Shown: positions 36,301 to 48,700 of the stretch, one piece after another
Numbering within the stretch: position 1 is the first letter of the stretch
Layout of the letters: every line of letters begins with the position of its first letter
Source of the DNA: Lobosporangium transversale
Lineage: Eukaryota
NCBI RefSeq assembly: GCF_002105155.1
Contig: NW_019029003.1
Coordinates: forward strand, 248,001 to 312,000
DNA: 64,000 nucleotides
Direction of reading: 5' to 3'
The notes under the pieces: model-generated
What the model was told of the DNA's origin: nothing
The model's database searches: none
The model's input: only the letters and a program-made list of their open reading frames with translations
Translations under genes and position numbers: made by a program

Positions 36301-38308
36301 TTTCTGCGTACTCTCCGAAGAAAGCTCTATTGCTTCAGACACCATCTTCAAAGTATTGGCATTCTTGGCTGCAGTTTCTGCTTGCAGTTTAACTATATCT
36401 AACAGTATTTGAGTATTCGAAGGTTGAATGGCTTGTGAGCCTCTACTTCTTTTTTGGTTTGATGTATCATAGGCAAGAAGAGTAAGGGTAAGGCCATTTG
36501 TGAGGAATGATGTTCGTAGTTTCCTCCTAGGGCCAGTATCATCAGATTGCAGTCCAACGTCCTTGTATCCTTTCAAGGAAAACAGCTCTTGCAACAATAT
36601 CCCTTTGTCATTAAGAAGCTTGTCCTCTGCAACCCCCTTGGTACTCATATTTAATTCCAACAATTGGACTATTTCCTCTCGAACTGTAGGGTTAGACCAT
36701 AATATATCCAGGAGGCAGGCTTCCGTTAAGCAGAGAGACCGAGGCGAGAAAGCGGATGTAGGGAAATCCAGATATTTTTTGGCAGTAGCATTTTGCTCAA
36801 AAAAGAATTGGATGGAACTTCTTCCATCGTCTGGAATATCTATGTCAAACTAAATATTATATTGAAGAAATGATTAGGAACATTTCTATGAACGTATTAT
36901 AAGATAACTTCAAAATATGATATTTACCTGCGCATTCCGATAGTGAGACCTTAGCGCTGTTTGAACAGGGACCATGACCATCCGAGACGACTTGCCGATC
37001 ACCAAATCGGGATAGATCTGGTTTAAAGGACCAAGTCCTGTTTTTGCATAGAAGTATTCGTATACTTTGAGCTGGGACGGCTTGACTACATTCCCTTCGC
37101 CTTTTTTCTTCACATCCTAGATAATGGATTCATCAGTCCGTGATACAACAACGCAGCAAGGCCGTAAATAAAGTCCTTGCTATCAAGAACTTCATCTAGG
37201 GGTTGTGGGAGATCAGCTGGATTGGATGGCCCAGTGGTAAGAAGGCTATCGATCCAAAAGGCGCAGGCCCAGAAAGCTCGAATCCGTGCCTCATTCAACA
37301 TTTTGATAAATGGTTGAATGAGCCCTTGAATTGTAGCAGCAAGTTGCTCGGAATTGAGATTGGGATCGGAAGTAGAGTTCAACTTGGCAACTATATACAT
37401 CTTTAACGTGCCCAGAGTTAATGCAACAGTGGATCCTCGGTAGTAGTATCCTTCACTTTCCTGGTTTTATCAGTCTTTCTGATATACTTGGCCTTCCCTT
37501 TGTTCTTCTTTTTTTTCTTCTTTTCCTCCTTAACCTCCTCTTCTTTCTCATCCTCTTTCTTTTCCTTTTTTTTCTTGGGCTTTCTTTGATGGTCGGAGCT
37601 GACGGGACAGTTATGTTATTTACAGTTGGTTAGGTCATATTTTTTGGGGAAGAGTTCTCTTTTCTCAGTAGGGAAAACGGGTAGGTAGTGATCCGGCTTT
37701 GCGCGTTTAGGTTTAAAGAATCTAGTTACGAAGCAATAATGTCAAGTAGATGGCTTTTTTTTTTGTATATGCCTTGAAAAATGTTCGTTTGTAGGAGCTT
37801 ACCTGGGTTGAGGTTGGTACTTAGCGGATATCGCTGCCAAGGTCCTGTCATGGTAATGAAGGAACCTTTCAGCGGTTGGTTGTTTCAAAGCCTGCGTTTG
37901 AATCCCACCGAAGAAAATATTGATTGAATGGACAAATTGGCCTTCTGACTTGGTCTTCATGTTGGCTATGAGTGTATCGAGCTTTGCATCGGCTATTGTA
38001 CGCTTAACGTCTCGGGCTCTATAAGCGCGGACTTTTTCATTGGAGCGAGGCTCATCAATGTGTATCGCCACTATGGTAAGAGGACCAAAGATCTTTAGAA
38101 TGATATTAGCCATAGCATGGTCACAGACAGTGAAAGAACTCGGCTGGTTGAGTTTCCTTAGGATGATATTGTGTATATCGCAGTGGAAAGTGCCAAGCAG
38201 ATCCAACTCAAAAGATGAATCGGGTTCGGCAGCAAGCTCATGTACATCAATCTCCTTTGGTAGCAGATCTCTCCTTGAAAGGTATGAATAGAGACCTTCT
38301 ATACCCAC
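33364..38308 (-). pseudogene. Decayed Fanzor1/TnpB-like RuvC-zinc-finger gene with XPG/PIN-like N-terminus, interrupted by a gypsy relic
   Basis: N-terminus (V/M)GIEGLYSYL..ELDLLGTF..IHIDEPRSNEK. Middle: ALTLGTL, LTEACLLDILW, RTSFLTNGLTLTLLAYD. C-terminus: WDSRTAQ..LKLVGGS..VICIRLGSF, intron 33777-33848, then GCYKYYRSAKCPSPQC..KYCRNCKTYFDRVAAGAENI, read as a degenerate E-Y-x-TS-x-CP..C..CxxC..RD-xxx-A-x-NI. RuvC-I segment not found. Confidence 0.72.
34150..35990 (+). pseudogene. Degenerate Ty3/gypsy pol fragment (RT, RNase H, integrase start)
   Basis: FTTIDLS*AYHR, SFGLKP, NFIDD, FYLGAFNFYR, VTDASDVGVGAVLYQ, YSATRKELLGIVF, HMAIDLAGPF. Many stops and frameshifts; no LTR pair seen; boundaries approximate. 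Confidence 0.85.
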
Positions 38309-38911
38309 CTTGAGAAAGTATACTATAAAACAGTGCAAGCAATGTTAGTTTATGCAACGATAGATTGAAGTCGAAGTTGTTTGAGCAGATATGGTTTACT
38401 TTTAAGTAAAGATTGTAATCTGTGAGAGTGTGAGGATGTAGGAGTATGAGGTGAGAGGATAGGAGGGTGAGAGATAAATGTCGTTGTATCAGCGTGAAAT
38501 GAGAGAGAGAAAAGAAGAAAGAGAGAGGGGCAGGGTGTATTTGTAGGTGTATGAAAGAGAGCAAAACAAAAGGCTGAGCAGCAATGCAATTCGGATCGCA
38601 TTAAAAAAAAAACAACGGAGAAACAATTATTTGACTACCAACAAGTTGCAAGGTGCGCAAAGAAGTGGAAAAAAGATGTGCACTGGAGACAGAAAAAAAA
38701 ATCGCTTCCTTCCTTATTCCTTCGCCGATTCCTTCTTTCTTAACGATCTCTATATCCTTTTCCCCTCGTTCAGGGATGTTAATAGCCTCTCACTCTTCAA
38801 TTCTTCAATAACATTTACTCATTGTTTCTCAATCAAAACATCCTTAACATTTCAACATTACATTTGCAATCTAAACTTAAAAGATTCAATTCTTTCACAC
38901 GAAACATGAAC

Positions 38912-41900
38912 ATGGTAAAACCATATCCGCCAAAGCAGAGATGAATTATTTGTGGGGATGATGACGAAGAAGAGGCAGCCATCGCGAATTCTCAACCTCT
39001 ATCCTTGCCAAAACAGACGCGACTTGATCGCGAGAAAGAGAGCGATAAATGGACTGCTATTGTAAAGTTTCCGCCTTCATTGCCAGAGTTAGAGTCACCC
39101 CCTATTACAACCAGAACAGGCTCTGCCGGTACCAAAAAAACGTGGTCGCCTCCGAAAGATAGAATCAACACATGCACCACGTCGACAAAGCCATACCACT
39201 CCGCCAGTAGCCCTAGAAAGACAACCTAAAAAGTTACTCTTATTACAAGGTTTGCCACAGGAACCGCCTAATTCAAAGGAGTCATTGTGCACGTGTCTCA
39301 ACTATCCAACCTCTATCCATGCCACAGCCACCACTGCTACAGGAGGTAGACGACATTGTTGGCTCATCTTCTGAGAACGTCGTCAACAGAGAGCTAGACG
39401 ATCCAATCGATCAGGAGAAAGATGACATTGTCGAGTCGGAGCCTGGCTTCTATTCTATTATTATTTTAATACTCTAACCCTGTTCCGTAATTTTACTTTT
39501 TTTTTTTTTTTTTTTTTTTTTCTGCTAGATATTCTGCAACAAGCATTTCAAGCCTGAAGATGAACGTGATGATCCTGAGGAGGCAAATACACCGCTTGAG
39601 TTTTTATTCATAGAAAAGTCCTTAGTCGCTCCAGAGCATTCGGTTCCTTTCATGAAAGAGGAATGTGATAGAAAGTTGACGAAACATGTCGTGGAAGGGC
39701 AAACTGTCTGAGCTCAAATTGACATTACAAATAAGGCGGAGAAGGACGATAAAAGTACTTCATCATTGAGAGACGGTAAGCTAGTGGTTTACTTTTGAAG
39801 CGCTCAAACTACACACCTAGACACTTAGGACTTGGTGCATATTGGTGCTCACATCCACGCTTTTTATTTCATTTTATTTGTTTTGGTGAAGTCCTCGCCA
39901 CTGAGGCCTTAGACCTAGAAGGACGCAGGGTTATTGAGGTGCCTGTATCTAATTCTCTGCCTCAAGCTGCCTTGGATACGATCACAGACCTTTAGAGAGT
40001 CCAAGCTAGCAAAGGATGGATTACCTGTTGCTCCCCGCGTGAAAACATGGATATAGCGATTATGCTAAAAAATTATAGATTTAGCCTTGTATATGATCAG
40101 TTACAGCCAGATCTCACCCGGCGAGTGGACTGTCCATTGAGAAATGCCTATAGTCCCAAACAATTTGTCCAAATGCTGATGACACTCTGGCGCGATCCAA
40201 TCGGACTTAATAGAAGAAGCGCCAATATTAGGGATCACTTCTCTATGGCAATTCATCATCAAATGATGCTTCGTGATGAAGACATCCGTCACCTTCGGTT
40301 CTCTGAGTGTTTCCACAAAACACTTGATGGTCCTCAGACGGCTTACCGAAAGATATCCAGCTTGATATTTCGTATACAGCAAGGAGAAGCTAATAAGAGC
40401 GGTGCAAGCTGGTACTCTTGTGCTGTCCGACATGTTGATGTTTGACAGTGCGGTTTCTCAGCATTTGCGTTTTACATGTTTTATCTTTGGCAGTCGAAGT
40501 TCAGGTTGGACAAAGCAATGCTTCCAAACTTTGACGATCCAGATTGGACCCAGTTCCACGTCCTTGCAAGCCGTACCGATCCAAAGTATGGGGTTTCCTC
40601 TAGTACTCAGATAGGTGCTGTCAAGCGGTTGTACGATAAGGTTGGCTTTACATCAACCAAAAAACTCATAGCGGGCGGCATGCCGGATCAATGCATGCGC
40701 AGGCGCATGGCGCATCTTACAAGGGCACCTATGCAGGTGGAAGGGCTTCGAGGCAAAATCAAGTGGATATAAGCTATTTGGCAAAAATCCCAGTTAGATG
40801 TGCTTTAGTTATGGCTGGCCTTAAAGACAAAGACAACACTCTAACGCGCAACAAAGTAAGCCCTTCGATCGAACTACAGCGTAACAAAGTAAGCCCTTCG
40901 GTCGAACTACAGTGCCTTATCTTCCCATGGATCGAGAAGGCCTATGGCAAACCCGGAACAGAATCCTGGAAATTTTGGCAAAGGGAATGTGAGGATGAAA
41001 TGGCAGAAGTTGATGAGAACGAGGTGAAAGCTGTAGAGAGGATGAGCATCCCTCTGGAGGAAGAGGCTATAGCTTCAAGTGGAAAACGAAAGAAGAAAAA
41101 GGCGGAAGCTACAGTGGGTCAGCAACGGGGAAACAAAGTCGCTCTTCCGAACACTGAAATCCCAGACTCTTTGGAGCCAGTTGACGAACAAGAGCAACAG
41201 CAAGAGAAAGAGCCTGCATCTGCCTCAGCTACTGACACCCGTTGCATGTATAGTACCAAGGACGTTTATAAGCGCTTATTCCTCAAGCTATTAGTCCGTT
41301 GCCGAAGGATAATATCGCAGGATGCAGCTGCGCTATTGTATTATGGTCAAAAAAAACTGCCTCCTCAAAAGCGAAGTATTTCAGACTCGATTCTTTGGGG
41401 ATTTTGCCAAAGAAGTAGTTGAGGTTCTTAAAAAGAAAGAGGAGGTTGATCCTCTGCAGCAATGTGAAGCAGCCATGTCAATAATTGCAAGTGAACTTCG
41501 ATCCATAAAAGAGACGACATTTGCTGACGAGCTGCTATCACCAAGGGAATCCATAGATAATTTTGGCGATCAACTGCAGGAAAGAAATACATGACCTTTG
41601 TAAAACTTTATCAAAAAACGCACAGCAAGGATCATATGAATCCAGGAGTCCCAATTGCCGCACACTATCCCCCTCATCCTCAGCAACAACTTAGTGTCCA
41701 ACCATATATCCAACCATCGTTTCAATCACCTCTCCAACTGCCTCCTCATCCATTATATTATCAGCCAGCAACGTATTCATATCCGTATCAAATGCCAATA
41801 CCTGGATCTTCTTCATCGTATCTGAGGCCATCTCTAAGCTCCAGGAACTCTATCAGATCCTACTTCATGGTAGAGCCAAAGTCAAGGAAGCCAAGGACGC

Positions 41901-42090
41901 GGGAGAGGAAGAGTGCAATGCCAACTACCTTTGGAGCAACAGCAGAAGCAGCAACCAAGAAAGCTACCTCTACCCCCGCTACCAAACCTACAGCACCGCT
42001 TTCGACTGGATTGACAGGTAACTTATTTCTGTTGTATGAATGAATGGTTTGGTATAATAGGGAAGCGATTACCGACCCGTTGCGATTGGC
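38912..42090 (+). pseudogene. Crypton-type (NDC10-II-like) tyrosine recombinase, decayed
   Basis: HHQMMLRDEDIR (catalytic Arg region); QGEANKSG..RHVDV*QCGFSAFAFY (stop 40443-40445); KTHSGRHAG (HxxR, in a shifted frame near 40660-40690); SYLAKIP..MAG (candidate Tyr); PSVELQCLIFPWIE; FLKLLVRCRRIISQDAA. Ends approximate. Confidence 0.78.
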
Positions 42091-42786
42091 AACCATTTCA
42101 TATGATGCTTTTACTCTTTTTTTTTTTTTATTTAACGGAGATCCATGAATTAAAATAAATATATTTTCCTTTCGTCCTCGTTACCTGTAATGACTTTGGC
42201 ATATTTCACAGTCAAAGGTGAGACTGAGTAGAAGTAGAGCGCGTTGTGTATGTGTTTAAAACACATACATAAAAAAAAGGATAGAAGAATGAAAAGTAAA
42301 AGACAATAAAAAATAAAAATAAAAAGTAAGAGTTAATAGACAATAGGCATAAGGAATAAGAGTGAGAATGAACAGGCCAGGGATGTGTTTGACAGGGAGT
42401 CTGATTAATGTCATTTCAATTGAATTAACCATGAAATTGTTTAATTTTCGCTGCGCGATCCTTCCAAGAAAGCGATTTCCGGTGATAGTTGTAAAATACA
42501 ATCATCTTATTGGCTCTAGTTTTATAATAGGGATTATCTTGAATGGACATTAAACGCATGTATTCAGGCCCCGTGGCTTTTTTTGTAAAGCCTACTAAGC
42601 ACACAGCCACGAATCCTTACGACGCGTTAGGCTCGTCACCAGTCTGTATGGCTTATGTGCATTACACTAACCCTCACTGATAGGCTGGATCCAAACTCCA
42701 AAAGGACCTTTGCTGAGTCCAGGATGAAGAGAGACAAGCCGACAGTAGCAATAGGATTTAATTTACTAGAAATATGAAACCACTCG

Positions 42787-45700
42787 AGATTTACTAGTAT
42801 CATTCATGTAAATACAGCCACGCAATATGCCCCTTGTGCTTAAGAACCATAAAGGACTCAGTTTTGTTCATACACTGTAGGTTTATTTGTTGCTTTTGCT
42901 CATGTCATTCAAGTATTTAAATTTCATAGTTCAGCCGTCGTTCCTTCAGTGTCCATCATATTTTCGTCGTCACCACCTACTTTCTGGTTTCTAGTTAGTT
43001 TCTTCGTAAGTGGATCTGCTCCTCCAGGAATAAAGTCTCCTAAAGTCAATGCGATACTCTGACCACCGGAGCCTGCTTCACACAACTCGTCAGCCAACGC
43101 TATATACCGCGCCTCTAGGGCCTTGACATCTTCGGCCTCTGCCAAAACCTTGCCTGCAAACCTTAGCACCACCTGACCCATCCATTTCTTCAAGAACAAA
43201 GCTGTCATTTTCTCAATCATCTGAGCCTCACGCTGACCTTCAATCCGAGCCTCTTCACGGACCTCATGCAATAAATATTCGGCCATGTCCAGAGCCAGAG
43301 ACAGAGGCGGAGCCCAGATATAGGTGAAATCATCCGCACCTGGCTCTCGAGCTACATTGAAGGCCGCCGCTAACTGTGTTGCTGCTTTCTCAGCCGTTAA
43401 TGTAGCTCCTGGTGCTGTCAGTGCCAGTCGCATAAACTCGAGACACACAAACGGACGCATCAGCACAAACTTGGCCTTCCCAGCAAGAGTCTCAACCGCA
43501 CTTGCACGGTAACCTTCAAGAAGAGCCGGCGATACACTCTTCTGTGCATTGGCTTGGACAGCTATTTGACCACCCATCAGTTCAGATATAGTCAAAAGAA
43601 CAATGAGAGAGAGAGAGAGAGAGTAAAGAATGAATGTTAGATTTGCAGGCTTCTCTCCAGTTATGTGAGTCAAGAAAAGAGAAATGTAGTGGGACTGAGG
43701 GGATAAGAGGGAGAGAGGTAAAGATAGAGATAGAGATGCAGAGAGAGGGCCAAATCCTTCAAGACTAACCTTGGTCCAGCTTCTTCAAGTATTCAGAGCT
43801 GCCTACAGTTTTTTCCCAGTAAGCATCCAGCTCCTTAAGTGTCTTCGGGTTATTGTTGAGGTGCTCTACCTCCATTGCCAAATCCGAATTGCCTCGGAAT
43901 GGAAACCATTGGCCACGAGCGATATTCAAAGGGAGGTCTTGTGGCTGCATGAATGGAGTCAGATCCAGAGCATCCAGGCTGCCATTCAGGAAGGCTTCGA
44001 GGATTAAGACGCTTGCTGGTGAAATGCCATAGCCGCTACTGAACGCCTCAGATCCACTTCCCATGCCTGTAGTATTCCCTAAGGCAATGGCTTGAGGTCC
44101 AAATTCAACAAGTTCATCAAGAGGCTTGCGTGTAGATATACTAACAGGGATTGTGCCTCTTTCGATATCGATTACAAGGAGCTCATGAAGCATTGGGCCG
44201 ACTTCTTTGGGGAAAGCGGCACACATCAAAGAAGTATCAGCTAACAGCATACGGTGGACAATAGCAGTGTCTGGCCCGTTCTTTCCTGCTGTTTGCGCTC
44301 GCTGAACCAATGTTGAAAACGCTTCTTGCATAGATGTGATTTGCTCCATCGTCAACTGGCCATTATTTGCTTCACGCACAAGAGCTAGCTCACCTAGGAG
44401 GATAGTTGAGATCATATCTCGTTTCATTGAATAGAAGCTGGTATTCTCTGCAGTCGCCAGTCGATCCATAAATGCAGTAATCTCCTTCAGCGGAAAGACC
44501 CCAATGGCATTCGTCAGAATATGCAAGGCGACAAGGTCTCCATGAACCCAGTCGGCCAATTCTTCGCTAGGCTCCATGAGAGCCTTACCAAGAGTTCTCT
44601 TGAGCTCTGCGTTACTCCACCCCTTGGGAAGGAGCGACAATGTAATCCACGAAAGGATAATAGCTTCATTATTTATAGATAGGAACCTATTGCTCAAGTT
44701 GGCCATACGTATAAGCAATCGAAGGACCTCTTGGTTAATCTGTGCTTGCGTCATATTTTCCTGAGGGTTAAACAGTGCAATCTCTCTTCCCAAGATTGTC
44801 ACCCATAAAACCGATTCCATTCCTTGAGAGAGAAGGGGGCGAACTGGATCCATTTCATCGCCGGTGAAGGCACCAGCCTTCTTAGCAGCATCAGAATTAT
44901 AAAGTGTAAAGTTGGCGCTCAAATGAAGGCTTTCAATCCGATCGAGCACTAGGTTGCGGAAGCCACGTCGTCGGCTCTTGTCTAGGAATACGTCCACTTG
45001 ATCCTGTATATAACCAATGAGCTCTTCCCAGCATTTGTTACCGTTGTTATTTTTGATATTGGCCTTGCTGCTATCGTCACCGACTTGAGCGTTCGCTAAT
45101 TTACCTGCAATCTCCACGCTACTGCAGCGAGCGATACCAAGAGCAAATAGCCTCCAAAGTGAATATGGGTCATCATCTAGGGGTACCTTGGCCGCTTCTT
45201 GCCGCCATTCTTTAGCAAAGTGTAAAGCATACTTGAAGGTTATCCACCCACTCTCCTGAGCAAGCATTTGCAACGTCAGGACTCTGACTTCAATTAGATC
45301 TTTGTCCCTTGCACTGTCGCCTTCAGGAACAGCAGTCATAGGGATAAGGATATCGCTGACATAACGATCGATAATACGTTCAGGGACGGTTTCCTTGGAC
45401 AAAGCCCCCAATGCTGTGTTAATACAAGGAGTACGGTGAATACAGCCAGAGTCCACAAAAGGGACAGGTAATGGTTTGCTGTAGTTGTATGAAGGGGACA
45501 CTGCAAGAAGGACCAATGCAACCCCTGATTTTTTATGATAGGTAGACTGAGCGACAGTAGATAAAGTAGTCCAGATCCACTCTGTGGTGGCTTTATAGCG
45601 CTCCTCTCTGCCTTCTGATCCGGTAAGTAAGCGAATCAGTGATTGCAAGGTAACCACTCTGACATCTTGATGGAGGTCCCGACGTGCTAACAGATCCTCA

Positions 45701-48700
45701 ATCAGCGAGCTGACTTTTGGATCCACCAGCAGAGACATACTCGACAGTACCAAACGAATGCCTTCCTTCTGAACAGTGACCTTTTGTTGGCGCTGTCCAG
45801 AGGATGGGAAAAGCGGTATGATAAAGTCAGGGATTTGCTGAACAGGGACACACTTGAGCGCATTCTCAACTGCATGAATGGATGTACGAGCGACATGAGA
45901 TTGAAGGTAGACTGGAGCCATGAGGAGCTGAAGTGTGCTTGCGGGTTCTCCCAGGGTCGGAAGGAACATCAGCAATGCCTCGACAATGCGTGATGGTAAA
46001 GATGGAGTGGTCAGAGCATTGGCAACATCTTCCACTGTTGTTGTCGACATACTCATAAAGGCCTTAGCATGCTGAACACGGGATTGGAATGGAGTCGAGC
46101 TGTTGGTCATTCCTGACAAGTGTCTGGCCTTGAGCATCTCACTTTGCTGTGGGTTTAGCTCAAAGGGGATCTTCACAAATAAAAGGTCCCATGGATCTGG
46201 GGTCTCTATTTGATTGAATAGTCCAGGAATACTCTTGGTCATCGACAGATGGTCATTTGTCAAAAGATCCGGCCGCTGTGCGCAAACATAATCTAGGACA
46301 GCAGGGAGGTGAATAGCTGATGGAGATTTGTTCAAGAGTCCGACCATGAGTTGCTCGTATCGATTATGGTCACGCTTGCCGCCTGGGAACACACACTCAT
46401 TCACACGTGCCTTTACTTCCCCTTCATATGCAGTTGATCCTAATCGAAGATCGCGGTACAGTGTGTACCATGACAGATTGCCAAGATTCTTTTGAACCCA
46501 CTCTTCCTGTGTATAGATCTCACGTACATGCTGGATATAGTTCGATGAACTTGATAGGAACTCGTCGTCTTTCCAGTTTAGGACAGTATCCTTTCCGAAT
46601 ACTAAAGTCGGAGCACTTGCTAGGACATCCAAGGTCTCATGCAGATACTCCACAAGCGTCGGTGAATTCTTCCATCGCCATCCTAGATCATCATGAAGGC
46701 TATAGCAAATGTTTTGCCAGAAGATCTTTTGGGACGACTTGAACGCTTCAACAGAGTCACTTGTAATATCTGGGGCCATTAGTGCCTTCACAGTGAGCCA
46801 GCGGCTATGGTAAGCATTGATCTTGGCCTGCACATATGTCTCCTCCTGTCCTTCTTCGATAAGGTGTAGACCCCATGCACCACCCTCAGTTTTGTATGTC
46901 TCATTTTCTTTGGCAATTGCCTTTCGTCTAGCAATCTCATGTTGCTCATTGCGTTCATGGACATCCTGGCCGTAAGTAGGGTTGCTAAAGGACAGGTCAA
47001 AGTACTTAAAAGCATTTACATCGCCATGGACATTAACCACTCGTCGCCAGCGGATCTCTGTTCCCATTTGGAAGAATGGGTGAGAGTCATTGTTTGCGAA
47101 GCGCGAAAGAGCGGCATCGCCAATAGAGTCCAAAAACCTTGTAATCTGTGAAACTGGTGTGATAGCAGCCGAATTCTAATAAAGTTGATGGTGTTAGAAA
47201 GACATATATGTCATTTCCTTGCTCAAGGATATTGCTATCTTTTCTTTCCCTTCTTTCCTGCAAAAGAAAAAGAAATATGAAATATGTGCTGTTACCTGTG
47301 CGTCCATGGCGAGGTACAATGCGGATAGCTCATTAGCTTGCTGCAGATCTGCGTCATCTAGGTATTGCCTCGGGATAATATGGTCGCGTAGGAACAGACT
47401 TGGCGCAAAAGCCATGAGGTTGGGCTGAATTTCATTGCGGATCCTTTGCGATGATAAGGTTTCCAAAAATAAAAATTAAAAAAAAACGGGTTACAGGTTA
47501 GAAAAAACCAGGAGCACATAAAGGTTTAGTTCATCATAGCTTGGAAGACTGAGACTATGTAACTCACTTGGGAATCAGCCATTTCAGTGTTATGAGCCAT
47601 TGGTTCACATCTTTTGTCATACGAGTTGCTTTCATAATAGCAGTAAGCCATTTAAGACGATCCTCAAAAGACGGCTTGGTCGTTTCCTTGACAAGCTGGG
47701 CCCGTACTTCTGGGACTTGGATATCGACAAAAGATGCCCAGTTGGATAGGTTGTCACCCAAATCCACTACTTTCTCTCTCCTGTCATAGAACACAAGTGG
47801 ACGGACGATCTGTTGACGGAGTTCAGCATTGGTGCAGAGAGCCTCCAACATCGGGTATACAGATACGCCTTGGTCCTTCTCGATCAAAGGCTTAAAACTG
47901 GGTAGTGCAATGATCCATTGGACTACCTCATCGCGCTGAGCTTGTGTCAAGCTTGGGCCCAGCTTGCTAAAGTGCTCGATCCATGTAGAGTCCAGCTGAA
48001 TCATTGCTTTTCCTGTCCTATTCAGGCAGTTAGCGACACAAGTCTGGAACACAGCAGAGTTGTCCCAAGAGGGAACAGAACTAAAGGGTTGCACAAAGGC
48101 GTCATCAGATAGAGCATAGACGCTTTTATCTGAAGGTGCAAGGACAGCCAAGAGATCTTCAACTATGGAGATTACAGCACTATCCTTGCGTGTCTTGGTT
48201 TTGAACATTGGCTGGAGCTGATCGAAGATAGTTTCAGCCAGTGGAGGGAAGCGCTTTATATGTGACAGTTTGTGAGCTTCCCAGTAGTTGGAGGACTGTC
48301 GAAACAATGGATTGAATATCTTCCTGCAAAGACGAACATTGACCGCATCATCATCCACATCTTGGATACGGAGAGCTTCCAAGGCAGGAGAGAAAAGCTC
48401 TGGGATGAGCTCTCGTAATGTCTGGTGGAACTTCTGAGTTGAATCAACACGATCCTTGTGTACAGAGCAGTTGACGACACGATGCACCAGGTTGTCTACA
48501 CCTTTCACCACGAACTTGAGCACATTATTCAGACGCCTCACCCGTTGGTTGCCTTGTGTTTTAGAGCGAATCTTGAACTCATCTTGTTCAAGTACTTTCA
48601 AGGCAGCGCGTACCAGCCGAGTGACAGCAGGGCCGCGGAGGCAACTGAACAGCTGAGGGATTTGGTCCTTCTTGAGGAGTTCTCCTTGACCAACATTGAT

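Noticed and set aside
36262..36430. Helical C-terminal part of ORF 36262-36663 taken as the Fanzor continuation
   Set aside because: It lacks the expected RuvC-I (GxDxG-like) motif and abuts the gypsy relic; more likely read-through into inserted DNA.
10168..42594. A single giant hAT- or Starship-like element spanning the whole island
   Set aside because: Only a 9/10-bp inverted match at the putative ends, no matching TSD, and the tyrosine recombinase is Crypton-like and decayed rather than a terminal DUF3435 captain.
42600..42786. Possible orphan 3' exon (intron-like GTATGG..CTAAC..TAG, then LDPNSKRTFAESRMKRDKPTVAIGF*)
   Set aside because: Too short to assign and no upstream exons found.
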